The notes beneath the pieces were generated by a model. The model saw only the letters and a list, made by a program, of their open reading frames with translations. It was not told where the DNA came from and ran no database searches. A stretch of DNA of 64,000 nucleotides, from contig OX597814.1 of NCBI GenBank assembly GCA_951406725.2, positions 64,914,001 through 64,978,000 of the forward strand, in the 5' to 3' direction. The stretch comes from Octopus vulgaris (taxonomy: Eukaryota). Below are positions 48,220 to 63,495 of the stretch, in pieces (within the stretch, counting starts at the first letter, position 1; every line of letters starts with the position of its first letter). The translations under genes were made by a program, and so were the position numbers.

Positions 48220-48992
48220 GGGTCCCTGGGTAAATTGTCGGTGTTTTATATTTTTAATTGCGCATTTTTTATTATTATGTTGATTAAACAGTATAGTAGG
48301 GTCAGTTGGGCATCGTGAGAAAAACAGCACCATGACGTAATTCACTCTGCAGAAATTTAGAAACATGCTGTACTGCTGTGCATTGGCACCGGAAGCTTCA
48401 ATACGAACATTTCAGGGTGTTTGGGTGTCAATCTGAGGACATGTACCGAGAGTGATAAAAATCAAACATCCAGTCATCATTATGGGGTTTGGAGTGATCA
48501 CTAGTGATGGTGACCTTATAACTCCATTCATCTTCACACACGGCCTTTGAATCAACACGGAAGCCTAGGAGGTAGTGCTACCCTAAGTCAAGAGGGTGGC
48601 TGCTGGAAGACCCTATGTCTGGCAACAGGAATCTGCACCATACCATACTAGCAGGGTAACCCAGTCATGGCTGTCAGACATTTTCTGCGACGATATCACC
48701 CCTAAAATATGGCCACCTAACTCTCCAGTCTTCAACCCCCTTGATTATTATGTGTAGGGATGGACTGAAGGTAAGGATTATGGCAACATTCACCAACTGA
48801 AGCAAGAGGACTGTCCAGAAGACTTGCAGGAGATCCGAAGTCGTCTGGAGGCCGTGGTTGAAGCCAATGGCAATTTTATTAAATAAATTTTTCTCTGAAG
48901 TATTTCAAGATATTTTAATGTAATTTTGGTAAATATATCACTTAAAATGATCTGTCAGTATTATTTTCAGTTTTGCGATAGTCTATTCACAG
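48220..48992 (+). mobile_element. Tc1/mariner DD37D (maT) remnant, internally deleted
   Basis: KHPVIIMGFGVITSDG...RPYVWQQESAPYHTSRVTQSWLS...IWPPNSPVFNPLDYYV; TIRs decayed. Confidence 0.8.
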
Positions 48993-48996
48993 TATA

Positions 48997-49067
<71 letters not shown>

Positions 49068-49109
49068 AACAAACTTACTTAGAAATGGATGCGTGCGTTC
49101 CGTCATATA

Positions 49110-49368
49110 ATAAATTAATAAATAAAACATATGCATATATACATACATATATATACGTATCTACCTCTACATGTATATATACATGCATATATGGACATGC
49201 ATATATGAGTACAGGACACAAAAAAAAAACGTCGAACACATGTTTTCGTTTCTCATTGTGTTCGACGTTTTTTTGGGGGTGTCCTGTACCCATATATGCA
49301 TGTATATATACATGTAGAGGTAGGTACGTACATATATGTATGTATATATGCATATGTTTTATTTATTA

Positions 49369-49373
<5 letters not shown>
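49110..49373. repeat. Fold-back palindrome, ~120-bp arms
   Basis: 49110-49240 is the reverse complement of 49257-49373, apart from a short duplication in the left arm. Embedded in (TA)n. Confidence 0.9.
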
Positions 49374-49405
<32 letters not shown>

Positions 49406-49553
49406 TAGATATAGATAGATATACACTTACATACATATATATATACATATACACACACACAAATACATACATACACACACATATATATATATACACTACA
49501 CAAATACATACATATATGCATACATGCATACACACATACCTAATGCATACATA

Positions 49554-49617
<64 letters not shown>

Positions 49618-49726
49618 ATATATATATATATATACAAGAGACGAAAATATTATTAAAAATAACAATATTATTATCCAGCAACAATAAAGCTTCATAAAAG
49701 GTAGATTTATAACTACAATGTGAATG

Positions 49727-49880
49727 TACACGAAGTATGACCATTCCTAGAAATACCAGCCGGTAAGTTATCGGTACTATATAGAGCTTCCCTGAATGTT
49801 CACAGGCAAATTAGTTTGCGGGCGGGGAAGCACCGATAACTTACCGGCTGCTATTTCTAGCAATGATCGTACTTCGTGTA
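49727..49880. repeat. Inverted repeat, ~50-bp arms
   Basis: tacacgaagtatgaccattcctagaaataccagccggtaagttatcggt versus its reverse complement at 49830-49880. Confidence 0.85.
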
Positions 49881-50393
49881 TTTTCACTTTGTGTGTGTGT
49901 GTGTGTGTCTGTCTGTGTGTGTATGTGTGAGGGAGAGAGAGAAAATGTTAAGGTGTATTTCATCCTTTACTTTGGGATTCTTCATATTACATTGGTAGCT
50001 TACTATTGCAAGTATTTTTCGAATATGAAAATGATACAAGTATAAGGTATGTTAGGAGCATTTATAGAACACGTATCCTATAGAGAGTCAACAAACAATT
50101 AAAGATGGGGAAGAGGTGTTAGAAGTTTTAAAAAATTTTAATCCATGCATACGATCGTTTCGAACGGTATATTAAGATGTGAATAACATGGCAAAAAGTT
50201 AGAAATTAATCTAATTATAATTACAATTCAATTATTTCAGTGCAAATAAAAAAGAATACATCAGAAGAATATTATATTGTTACAGAAGACTACATGGAGT
50301 GAGTATCATATAACATATTCTGATATGCATAAAATGGTTATGAAAGATTAAAAACATGCTAAGATAGTGTTGAATCTAGTTGTGTATGAACTA

Positions 50394-50448
<55 letters not shown>

Positions 50449-50449
<1 letters not shown>

Positions 50450-50571
50450 TTGGCCTGCTCGCTTAGCCAGCGGGATGGCTTCAACTAAAAGCTAAAACAA
50501 TGCGAAGCACATTGTGACCAGCGATGTGTAGCAACATCTGATAGCCTGGTCGGTCGCGGTGATCACGGTGA
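50449..50571 (+). mobile_element. Probable SINE 3' fragment between (TA)n tracts
   Basis: GC-richer island ending in a short cggtgatca repeat; no head visible. Confidence 0.4.
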
Positions 50572-50585
50572 TATATATATATATG

Positions 50586-50673
<88 letters not shown>

Positions 50674-50676
<3 letters not shown>

Positions 50677-51047
50677 TAAGTAATTAAGGGTTTAGCAACG
50701 AATTGCCTCACCAACACACCGAATTTAGAAATAGCAGTCAAAGAGATATAGCTAATCCTTCTACTAAAAGGGGGATCTCAGTAAAAACACAGCACTTGAA
50801 AGGCAAACACAGACAGGTAAGAAAGAAAGAATGAAATGACGGCAATCTATCATACAATTTTAAGTTATGATAGATTGCCGTCATTTCATTCTTTCTTTCT
50901 TACCTGTCTGTGTTTGCCTTTCAAATGCTGTGTTTTTACTGAGATCCCCCTTTTAGTAGAAGGAATAGCTATATCTCTTTGACTGCTATTTCTAAATTCG
51001 GTGTGTTGGTGAGGCAATTCGTTGCTAAACCCTTAATTACTTAGTAT
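50674..51047. repeat. Fold-back palindrome, ~180-bp arms with an ~11-nt loop
   Basis: 50674-50853 is the reverse complement of 50865-51047 with few mismatches. A ~105-bp unpaired extension runs to (TA)n at 51155. Confidence 0.92.
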
Positions 51048-51151
51048 TACTTAAATTTTCCTCGAATGGGGCTTTTACATGCCGAAATCTACTTGGTGTA
51101 ATTGATAATTATTCCAAATTAATTAATTTCACCCTTTATTGCTACTGATAA

Positions 51152-51222
<71 letters not shown>

Positions 51223-51536
51223 CACATTTAAGTATGTATGTATATATGATTATGAGTGTTCAGAAACATGAACTAAATATAATGACCATAATTATAGCTT
51301 TTTTTAAAAGTTGGTATCATTCACTTTTTGACATAGATATAGACACAAATATAGATACACATAGTTCAGTCAAAGAGAATTCGCTCAAAAAATGCTGAAA
51401 CCAGGAAAGCGTTGGAATAAGCAAGGTTGACGATGATATATTACGCAAGCTAACTGAAGAAATATTAATAACGTTAAATAGATATACAGATAAAGCAGCG
51501 ATAGGGAGTTTGAAGTAGTTTGCTATATATATATAT

Positions 51537-51834
51537 ATATATAAGAAAAAGGGACAGGCAAACAGGTTGCTTGACCGCATACCGAAAAAATAGAAATAGC
51601 AGTCAAGAATGCTTATTTCTATCAAAGTTGGACTCCGGGCATGACAAAACGGGCATCACATATGCAAAACGGAAGGAATAGATAACGAAAACGAAGTCTG
51701 GCGTTGCATATGTGAATTACAGGGTTTGTCATGCCCGGAATCCAACTTTGATAGAAATAAGCATTCTTGACTGCTATTTCTATTTTTTCGGTATGCGGTC
51801 AAGCAACCTGTTTGCCTGTCCCTTTTCTTATATA
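51537..51834. repeat. Fold-back palindrome, ~110-bp arms
   Basis: 51537-51648 versus 51726-51834. The extension 51835-51967 ends at (TA)n. Confidence 0.92.
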
Positions 51835-51895
51835 CAATATATATACTGAACTTTACAGAAGTTCCTGCCGGTAATCGGCTATATTTACATACCGA

Positions 51896-53092
<1,197 letters not shown>

Positions 53093-53100
53093 AAGATTTA

Positions 53101-53415
53101 CTGGGTCGATAAGATAAGTACAAGTTGTGCAATGGGGTCGAATACATCGACTAACTGTGTGCCTCGATGTTGCTGACCATGTGCCAAAATTCGAAACTGA
53201 TATTATTCTCTTTGAATGCAGTGGGATGGCAGAATTGTAAGTACGTCGGGCAAAATGTGTAGCAGCATTTCGTCCTTCTTAACGTTCTAATTTAAAATTC
53301 GGCCCATGTCAACGCTGGTTTCATCCTTTCAGTATCAGTTGAGCCGTGGGTGCCAATGTAATCGTCTTATCTCCTCCCCTCATTGTGGTGATCTTGTGCT
53401 AAAATTTGAAACCAA
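53101..53415 (+). mobile_element. Two degenerate Deu/Nin-like SINE pieces
   Basis: gggtcgataagataagtac...ggggtcga, then tggcagaattgtaag...tttcatcctttc...aaatttgaaacc. Confidence 0.7.
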
Positions 53416-54718
53416 TGTTTCTCTCTTTGTTTCTCATGCTATATCTCTAACTATATATTTCTGTATATATGTATGCTAACTACATGGAAGCTTTCCAGCA
53501 TGGCAGTGGATTTAGAACAGTTTGCAAAACCTCTTTTTATTTCACCTATATATATATATATGTATATGTACACGGACACACCTTCACACATACGCATATT
53601 ATAGCACATACAGACGCATTTGTATGTGCGTGTGTATATGGGTAATTATGCGCATGTCTGTGTATGTATCTATATATATATATATATATGTATGTATGTG
53701 TGTGTATGTATATGTATATGAGTGCGTGCGCGCGCTCGTATGTTAATATACGCTCACATAACCTTGTAAAGACTGTCAAACTAAACTAACTGATATACGA
53801 TTGATGGTATCAATGGTATTCTATCTTCATGGTTGTTATTTTTATATATTTGCCCTGAAATTTTTGTCGTTAGAAAAATTTCGCGTCGACCGCCAATCTG
53901 ATAGCAACTCATACACTAATTTCACCACTTCCCCATTAACACAATTTGCAACTAGCCTATATAAGTCAGAATATTATTGACCCACATTTTTAGCCATATA
54001 TCACAAATTGTTTGCACTCTTTTTAATGTCTATATTGTGTGAATGTCACCGGGTTAAATGTTTATAGAAGTCTCATAGCATTTCTAAGCCAAGTATTTTG
54101 AAATTTTTATAACCCACCCAATCCGAAAAAACAACATACTGGAAACTACCTTGAGAACGTCAAATCAGTTTTTCAAGTCATTTTGACATATTCTCTTGAA
54201 TATCAGTCAATAATTCTGTAAAAATTGGAAATTCCACATATACATTGAATGGAGTGCAATACACTTCTCACATCTCTGATGTTAATAATGCAAACTTGGC
54301 CTCTCTGTATCTAAGACTGCTGGAGTTGGTTTGGAAATTGTATGCCTCAAAACTGTGTTTATCGTTAATGAAATGCTTTTACTGACTCTCCATCAATGTA
54401 AAATCTTGCTTCTGTCGACTGTTATTCTGAAATATCAGCATTCACACTGTAAACTGAACAACTTGTCTTGACACTTATGTGAAAACAAAAAACACTAAAC
54501 GTTCAAAGTTTAATTTTCGTTATATATCTTATTGGTGGGCAAGGCACTGTAAGCAATTTCTGTATAAACTGGAGTAGACCCTTGACATTCGTAACGCGGT
54601 CCTCGACAGAGCATCACAATTTGAGATATGTAATGGGCAGGTGTAGATTTATGCATGAATATGTCTACGACTAATAATGTAATCAGTAGTTTGTAATAAA
54701 TATACATCATAATATATA

Positions 54719-54809
<91 letters not shown>

Positions 54810-54889
54810 TGTAAGTATGTATGCATGTATGTATGTGTATGTATGTGTGAATGTTGGGCGAGTGTGTATGCATGCATGCATGTATGTGC

Positions 54890-55560
54890 GCCTTAGAGGT
54901 AGAAATACTTGGATTAGTGTCTGACGGCGCTATATGACTATTGGAAATTATTCCCACCCCACATCCTGGTCTTTGTGAAGGCATCCTTCTTGGAGAAGGC
55001 TAATTCCTCTGTAAAACTCAGTGCTCTGTTGAACCGGGTATCTTGCACTTTGCCTGTCACTGGCTTCTTTGCATTGTTAGTGAATCTTTGTGGTAACGCA
55101 CAAACGGTATTCGATTAAAAACCCTTGCATGGGTACTGCTGACACAAGTTAGCGATGGTCATACTTGTGTAACGAGTAGACAACCATCGTATATCTACAT
55201 ATGATAACCCGTAACACTGCTAAGTACAGTAGCCAACTTACGACTAAAGTGGAAATCGTTTGGATAATGATGATATATGTTATATTGTAACTTCTAACTG
55301 TATGGACTGAGATCCCTGTTGACAGGCCCTTGGTTTTAAATAACGTGTAACATGATATGCAAATTAGTTTCCCCAGTTTGTTGAACTACTGTATATGTTA
55401 TGTATACAAACAGATTGGCTGCTTGTTTCTATGAGGTTGTCCAAATCCATGTAGATACTTCTGATGAGAATCCAATAACCTTCGAAAATCGATTAAGATT
55501 GGTTATCATTTTTAACAATCTACGGAGAAATATATGGATTAGTCCTGTTTATACATCTAT
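54890..55560 (+). mobile_element. Decayed PLE 3' end with hammerhead
   Basis: Faint GIY-YIG-like remnants followed by the hammerhead at 55459-55497 and a microsatellite. Confidence 0.45.
55459..55497 (+). ncRNA. Minimal hammerhead ribozyme, intact core but weak stem I
   Basis: UU CUGAUGA GAA uccaauaacc UUC GAAA AUCGAU UA AG; stem III is the palindrome AAUCGAUU. Confidence 0.65.
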
Positions 55561-55825
55561 TATATGTATTACACACGCTCACACAACACATACATATGCA
55601 TGTATGTATGTATGTATGTATGTATGTATGTATGTATGTATGTATGTATGTATGTATGTATGTATGTATGTATGTATGTATGTATGTATGTATGTATGTA
55701 TGTATGTATGTATACATGTATGAATGTATATATGTATGTATGCATGTATGTACGGCATGCATGTGTGTATATCAAGAAATATGTGCTACACAAGCTCATT
55801 TAATATAGACAATATTTCATACACA

Positions 55826-56976
55826 CAGAGTGCGTAAGGTATTTGAGGACATACCTTTTTGGGTCATTGCTGCATTTTTGCTAGTACTGTATAATCTTTT
55901 TTTCACAAAGTAATAATGGAAGACTCTCAGCTTACTCACAAATGAAAAGGCATGCTGTTATTGTGGTTATAAAGGCTGAGCATAGCGATTTAGAAATATT
56001 TCGATTTTTAGAAGTTGCCAGATCTTCCGTCTACAAAGTTTGTAAGGAGCTAGAGACTGAAGATGGAAACGTTTCACCAGCATCAAAGCATAAAAAGCAT
56101 TCTAAACAGTCTGAAATCATCAGAACACCTGAATTTATCCAGCAAGCTCAACAGACCATTGATTACAATCCCAGAAAGTCCATGAGGTCACTTGCAAAAG
56201 ATCTCCATGTGTCAGATGGAACAGTCGGAAATTTTGTCACGAAGACATCAGATATAAGACTTATATGATGAGGAAAGGTCATTTTGTCAGAAAAGGCAAA
56301 AAGAAAATCACTACATTAGATTTAAAAGGCTCTTAAACAAACTGAAAAATCTGAAGATTTGATTTGGTTTTTCCCAAACGAGAAAAACTTCGATCAAGAA
56401 CAAAAAGTTAACAGAAGAAATGACAGGTGGTTGGGTGCAGACCCTTCTGAAGTTCCAGCTGCTATGCGTACAAAATTTCTTGCAACTGTCATGGTTTTAT
56501 GGGTTGTCAGCAATGAAGGACATGTGATGCATCCTTACTTGTTTCCACAAGGCCTTAGATTTAACTCTGCCGTCTACAGAGGCCCTGGAAATAATTGTTA
56601 AGCCCTGGATTAACAGTATATGCAATGGAAGGCCATATGTGTTTCAGTAAGACTCTGCTCTATCACACATGACTCTACTAACACGGGAATGGATGGCTGA
56701 AAATTTACATGATCACATAACCCCTAACATTTGGCCTCCTAATTCCCCAGATCTCAATCTATTGGACTATTACATGTGGAACATTGTTGAGAGATAGGTC
56801 AATGAACACGCCCATAACACCAAATATTCTTTGAAAGTTACCATAGCTACCAGAGTAATGTCCAAGAAAAGGGTTATTTTTTCCTCATAACATTTTTTGA
56901 TAAAGTTATCTTTTATTATATATCTGTTTTTTTTCTTATAAGTATAAATCTGTCCTCAAATATCTTACACACCCTG
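55826..56976 (+). mobile_element. Tc1/mariner DD37D (maT) transposon, near full length, inactive
   Basis: 26-bp TIRs cagagtgcgtaaggtatttgaggaca / tgtcctcaaatatcttacacaccctg (23/26 match), TA at the right end. HTH ORF 55942-56268, WFFPNEKNF, and YVFQ*DSA...WPPNSPDLNLLDY with 37 aa between the last two Asp. Confidence 0.92.
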
Positions 56977-59143
56977 TATATAATATTGTAGTTAAATACA
57001 CAAACAAAAGTAGTGTACTCAATACTGGTACACACTAAATTATACGTATATGATGTAAACCTTTTTTTATATAATTATATTATATATGTGTTGCATGAGC
57101 ATTCTTATTCAGAATAATGCTTTTTCTTTGTTACTCCCACAATACTCTCTCATAAACAGATATCCAAAGAAAGAAAGGAAGATATAGACGGCTGGATGCC
57201 TAAATGTAGATAGGTGAATATGCATAAGTATACATACGCATATGTATGTACAACGATACGATTATTTTTGAAAGATACAGTTTTTGTTATCATGTCTGTT
57301 CATTTACTTACATATTTCTTACAATAAAATAATTTTAAAGACTTTTCTACCGTGAAACTATCAGAGAAGCCTCAACAAACGTAAATTATGTCATACATGT
57401 CAAAAGATAAATTCTGATATCTTATACTGAAAAAAGTTATAAATAGTTTTTAAAAGGGAATTATTATTGTCGCTTAAATCGTTAAATGACTAGTAATTCT
57501 TTAATTTACTTCCGAGAGATGAATTGAACTTAGTATCCAAAAGAAACATAGACGCAGTCAAATATCGTAAATTATTTGGTTCTCTAAGAAATTTATTATT
57601 CACGCACTTTCGAACCGAAAATAAGCATTTTAAATTTTTCCTAACGAAACAAAGCCTTATAATTTTATTTATTTAATTGTAATTTTATTTATTTATTTGT
57701 AATTTTATTTATTTATTCATTCGTTTATTTATTTTGTATGAAACCAACTCTGAGACTTTGCTTGTACTATATTTTTGTTTATTTGAACAGTGGAACTTGA
57801 TTTCAGCAATTGTTACATACACACATGACATAACATTTGAGAGGAAGGTGAGAGTCGGTTATACTAACTTTAGTAGATGTACATAAAAAAAAGCCAATGC
57901 TCGTCATACGTGAGTTCGGAAACGTAATTGAATAATGATTTTGCAAAGATTATAAACTACAATATCCGAACTTTTTATCACACAATATCGAAATTTTGAT
58001 CGTATAAGATAAAGAACCGTAATTAAATCACAACACGCATTTACATCGGCACCCTCACTATCCTGCTGCCGAGACAAAATGTATGGCGAAATCTATCTGA
58101 ATCATTTGATCCCGAAGTGCTGGAGTAGCATGAAACATTCATCACATGAGTATAGAAAGTCAGAAACGTAAAAATGTTGAAAAACTTAAACGAAATGAAA
58201 TAACAATATCTTAAAAGTTCATAAACAAAATGGATCTCGTATATCCACACAGCAGAGTATTCCACCATATATCTATCCTCACCATAGATCAGTGCGCTTG
58301 TCACAAGTGTTATATCAATGGTATTTCCTGACATATGATGTTTTGAGCAGATAAGTGAACAAGAAAATTAAATAAGGCATATATACATACATGCATAGAA
58401 ACACATATAAACATATATGCATTCATGTTTCAGAGTGTGAATATCAACACTATTCTTAAAAGTGTGATCGCATTCATTGTTTACATGATAAATATTTTTG
58501 CTTTATTTTAGTATTTCTTTTCATTATCAGTTACCGTTTCATTTTATTTATTCTTATGGTGGGCTTTTTTTTATTATTCACAAAAAAATATCGATACGAA
58601 AGCAAATACAAAAACTAAACAACAAACAAGCTTTCGGACAAAGCAACATTCTTTTCTTAAAACAAACACATGCTTGCTTATCAAGTTTTAGAAGCATCAA
58701 AATGTAATCTGTACGTGAAATCTATAGTGCTGATAAATATATGACTGTTAGAGTAGTTGCATTAAGAAGCATGGAGATTTTTAAACATGTACGTAGATTT
58801 AAAGAAATAAAAGAAACATATGCAAGCTACACAGCTTCAAACGGTGATGAAATTTTTGACCTCCATAAATTCCTAAAAAGAGAGCTATTTGGGGATGTTA
58901 GCACGCGAATATTTTCAAGCACTTCTAAAAGTATCAAACAATCTCGGCAACGATACGGTCGCGCACATGTATCATCTTCGTTGTTACCACAATTGTCAAG
59001 CATATACATGCATGCATAATTTTTATACACATATTTTGATACACAAAACCATGCATATATTTATGTGTTTGTATGTATGTATATACGTACATACGTATGT
59101 ATGTATGTATGTATGTATTTATGTATGTATGAATGTATATATG

Positions 59144-59210
<67 letters not shown>

Positions 59211-59240
59211 AATCTATCTGTCTATCTGTCTATCTGTCTA

Positions 59241-59279
<39 letters not shown>

Positions 59280-59334
59280 GTCTATCTGTCTGTCTGTCTA
59301 TCTGCCTGTCTGTCTGTCTGTCTGTCTGTCTGTT

Positions 59335-59368
<34 letters not shown>

Positions 59369-59461
59369 CAGGTAAATTAATAGATGATAGATATATACAG
59401 GTGGATAGACAGATATATAAACATATATCTATATACCTATATATCCATCTATCTAATTATC

Positions 59462-59542
<81 letters not shown>

Positions 59543-59599
59543 TCTGGAGTTATCTGCTAAGGGCAGCATGGTAACAATAGAGGTGATATTATGCTAAAA

Positions 59600-59668
<69 letters not shown>

Positions 59669-59669
59669 A

Positions 59670-60500
59670 GTTATCCCTGAAGAGAAGTATGGTGGGATGG
59701 AAAACTGAACTGACATCTTACTGAAAAAGCTTGGGCACCCTGGGTGTCAGCGGAGTGATTTTCTTTCTCTGACCTTGATACTTAGGAAAATGAACCTTGG
59801 GTACCAATTAAAGGAAAAATCCCAAACAATCACCCACCCTCTCTTCACGGATGATTTGAAACTGTATGGCAAAGATGAGACACACGTGAGTTCCTTGATA
59901 AACACGATCCACTGTTTTAGTACTGATAGAATGGAATTTGGACGCAAGAAGTGCGGAATAATCTACCTAAAAGAGACAAGGTACAATCCCTAGCAGGGAT
60001 AGAATTAGGGAATAGAGACTTGATTAAGCAAATTGAAACGGAAGGATACTAATACCTTGGCACAACACGAATGCAAACGATGCCATGACGATGTGGCACG
60101 AAGGATCCATTGGGAGATTTGTGGAAATCACAGCCTACAAAGAGCAAAGAGGTCGTATGAGAAATCCCCAGAAGGAGTCACTGAAAATGTGAATTGCAAA
60201 CTCCTGTGGGATATAATGATCCAGTGCGATCACCTAACGAGATATAGGAAACCAGACATTATTGTGGCGAATAGCATGCACAGGATCAATGTGAAACAAG
60301 AAAAAAATAAACAACTATGGCAAATTTAAGTGGGAAATACGAAGGTTGAAGAAGATCGGTGCAAGTGTGAAGGTAGAACACCTACAAAATTCTTCACGGG
60401 ATCAGCCTTGCTTGGAACTGCAAGAATTCTTCACGGGGTTCTTGAAGCATGACCAGTAAAAAATAATGTGTCACCTTGCTGTGGGCAGCTGACACTTTAA
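59670..60500 (+). mobile_element. R4/Dong-type element (family D): RT motif plus RLE, internally deleted
   Basis: ITHPLFTDDLKLYGK...MEFGRKKC, then CHDDVARRIHWEIC...LLWDIMIQCDH...KPDII; ends in (TAA)n. Confidence 0.85.
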
Positions 60501-60530
60501 TATCATAATAATAATAATAATAATAATAAT

Positions 60531-60583
<53 letters not shown>

Positions 60584-60614
60584 CCAACAAAATAAGCTGT
60601 GATTTATCATAATG

Positions 60615-60958
<344 letters not shown>

Positions 60959-60995
60959 TTATCTTCTGGAGGAGTTACCTCAATCCTATATATAT

Positions 60996-61088
<93 letters not shown>

Positions 61089-61101
61089 CGATGATGATGA
61101 T

Positions 61102-61311
61102 AGTTTCAAATTTTTTCATAAGGGCATCGGTTTTGGGGTTGGGGATGAGTTGATTGCATCGACCCCAGTGTTCGACTGATACTTATCTTATCGACTCCGA
61201 AAGGGTGAAGTATAAAGTTGACTTCGGTGGAATTTGAACTTAGAACGTAGCGATGGGCGAAATACCGCCGTGCATTTCGTCCAGCGCGTTAACGATTCTG
61301 TCAGATCGCCG
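61102..61311 (-). mobile_element. Deu/Nin-like tRNA SINE
   Basis: Same family as 5620-6262; tail runs into (ATC)n. Confidence 0.85.
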
Positions 61312-61312
61312 C

Positions 61313-61380
<68 letters not shown>

Positions 61381-61399
61381 CGACGACGACGATGATGAC

Positions 61400-61454
<55 letters not shown>

Positions 61455-61469
61455 TTGATGATGATGATA

Positions 61470-61972
61470 ATTACACAGAAATCTCAGTTCCGATGGATAA
61501 GAAGGCCTTTGGCAGCATACCGCATTCTTGGATCTTGAAATCACTAGATATCCTCAAAATTTCTCCTGTGATTTCAGACTTCTTGAAGCACAACATCTCA
61601 GCATGGATCATCAACCCAACACACTATCCAAAAAATAGCTCTGCTAGGAACAGCCCACATCGTACGCAAGAAACTATCAATTCAATAATAGAACCTAAAA
61701 ATCAATCCACAAACAGAAGACACTCTATCTAACAATTATCCAATGAAATAAACTACCACCAGCAGGCCTTTAACCAACGCGTTACTCACTCAACTCGCAA
61801 AACAAACAGCAATAGAACAAAAGACTGCACCACATCTCAAAAGAAAACCAAAACTGACGCAATACAATACCGAGAAGAGTTTTCACACTCCCAACAACAG
61901 AAAAAAAATGATGCACACAGCCCAGCAACACAGAGGTGTAGCAGGTGATGCAGTAGAAACTTGCCTGAAACA
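61470..61972 (+). mobile_element. R4/Dong-type element (family F) with a large internal deletion
   Basis: MDKKAFGSIPHSWILKSL (RT motif) joined to IQKIALLGTAHIVRK (RLE C-terminus) and a 3' UTR. Confidence 0.75.
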
Positions 61973-62059
61973 ATCAAATGTTCAACAACAAACAGCAAGA
62001 TGAACAATAATAAAGAAAAAGTAAATAACTATGATGATCTGAAGTGAGAAATAGAAGAA

Positions 62060-62288
62060 ACAATAAACATCTATGACGATTTGAAGTGGGAAATATGAAG
62101 GTTGTGGGCCATGAAAAGAGTGGACATGATACCACTAGTAACTGGCATACTTGGAGGTAGCAACACTCAGTTACCAACATGGCTTAAAAAGATTTGCACA
62201 AATGTAATGATAAGACACCTATAAAAATCATCATTGCGTGGAACTGGAAGAGGTTTCAGCAAGTCTCTTGAAACATGATCAGTAAACA
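62060..62288 (+). mobile_element. R4/Dong-type 3' end (family D-like)
   Basis: YDDLKWEI*RLWAMKRVDMIPLVTGILG; similar to 60320-60460. Confidence 0.7.
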
Positions 62289-62399
62289 CCCACAGGATTT
62301 CTGCATGATGTCTGTTATTACATATATTTGATATTTAGATTAAATTCATTCCTGCTCCATTCTGATTTAGATTTTCTAAGTATTTCTAATCATATTGGT

Positions 62400-62610
62400 T
62401 TCAAGAATTTGTAGTGAGACACGGAAGCCATAATGTGTTGTCGCGGATTGGCACAGTTGTGCTTTGGCAACTGTAGCGGTTTGGTAAAAGGTATTGACAG
62501 AAAAAAGTATGGGGCCTTAAAAATAAGTCCTGGGATTGATTTGTTCGACTAAAGCCCTTCAAGGCGGTGCCCCAACATGGCCGCATTCAAATGACTGACA
62601 CAAGTAAAAA
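62400..62610 (+). mobile_element. CORE-type SINE, partial
   Basis: gacacggaa...aataagtcctggg...ggcggtgccccaacatggccgca...caagtaaaa, as at 33080-33335. Confidence 0.75.
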
Positions 62611-63147
62611 TGTTAAAAAAAAGTCGAAATGATCTTAATATCACCAACCTTCATCTCCCTGTCTCTCCTTCAGAAGCACATGTATCTACACACTCACAGA
62701 CACCCACCCCACCTACAGTCATACACACACGTATATATCATAAATATCTGAGTGTGCGTATTCCTGAGTATACGTGTGTCTCTGTGTGTGTGTGTGTGTG
62801 CGTGCGCGCACGTGTGGTTGTGTTGGAGTAATCGAACATCCCTAATTCGAAATAATATTTGACTCCATACATCTGTAGGGATGTTCTGTTGCTAAGTTGA
62901 AATTTAATATTCTACGTTGGCCAGAAGATGACACCGCTGGTCACTGCGAGATATTGAACGCTTATATTACAACAACACACGCGCGTGCACATGCGCATTC
63001 CTACGTACATCTATATATCCTTCATAATTATTGAGATCTATGTTGATATCAATATCTTTATAAAGTATAGATATTGAAATACACTCCTAATTCTGTATTG
63101 TCATTGAAGGTATCCATTTTGATATCAGTAACTGTACGCTATATAAA

Positions 63148-63495
63148 TATTACATCGACCCCAGAACTCTACTGCTACTTATTTTATCAACTGCGAATGG
63201 ATGAAAAGCGAAGTCGACCATCGTGAAATTTGAACTCAGAACATAGAGACAGACGAAATGTCGCTAAGCATTTCGTTCGGCGCCTTAACGATTCTGACAG
63301 CACGCAGCTTTCCTCTAATACAAATATCGGTTTCAAATTTTGACACAAGGCAAAACAATTCCACTGGTACTTATTTTATCGATTCCAAATGAATGAAACA
63401 CAAGGTCGGCCTTGGTGTAATTTGAACTAACAGCGTTATGACAGACGAAATGCCACTAGGCATTTTGCCCGGAGTGCTAAAGTTTATGCTAGCTC
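63148..63495 (-). mobile_element. Two tandem degenerate Deu/Nin-like SINEs
   Basis: atcgacccc...ggatgaaa...aaatttgaactcagaac...gacgaaatg...agcatttc, repeated twice. Confidence 0.8.

Noticed and set aside
53790-54500. Possible minus-strand Tc1/mariner-like remnant
   Set aside because: Too degenerate to show catalytic motifs or TIRs.
57791-57847. 57-nt open exon-like segment with AG and GTGAGA boundaries
   Set aside because: The 3' half resembles a decayed SINE tail, so the splice signals are probably coincidental.
58041-59030. Short ORFs of 60-97 aa
   Set aside because: No domain similarity or convincing splice structure.
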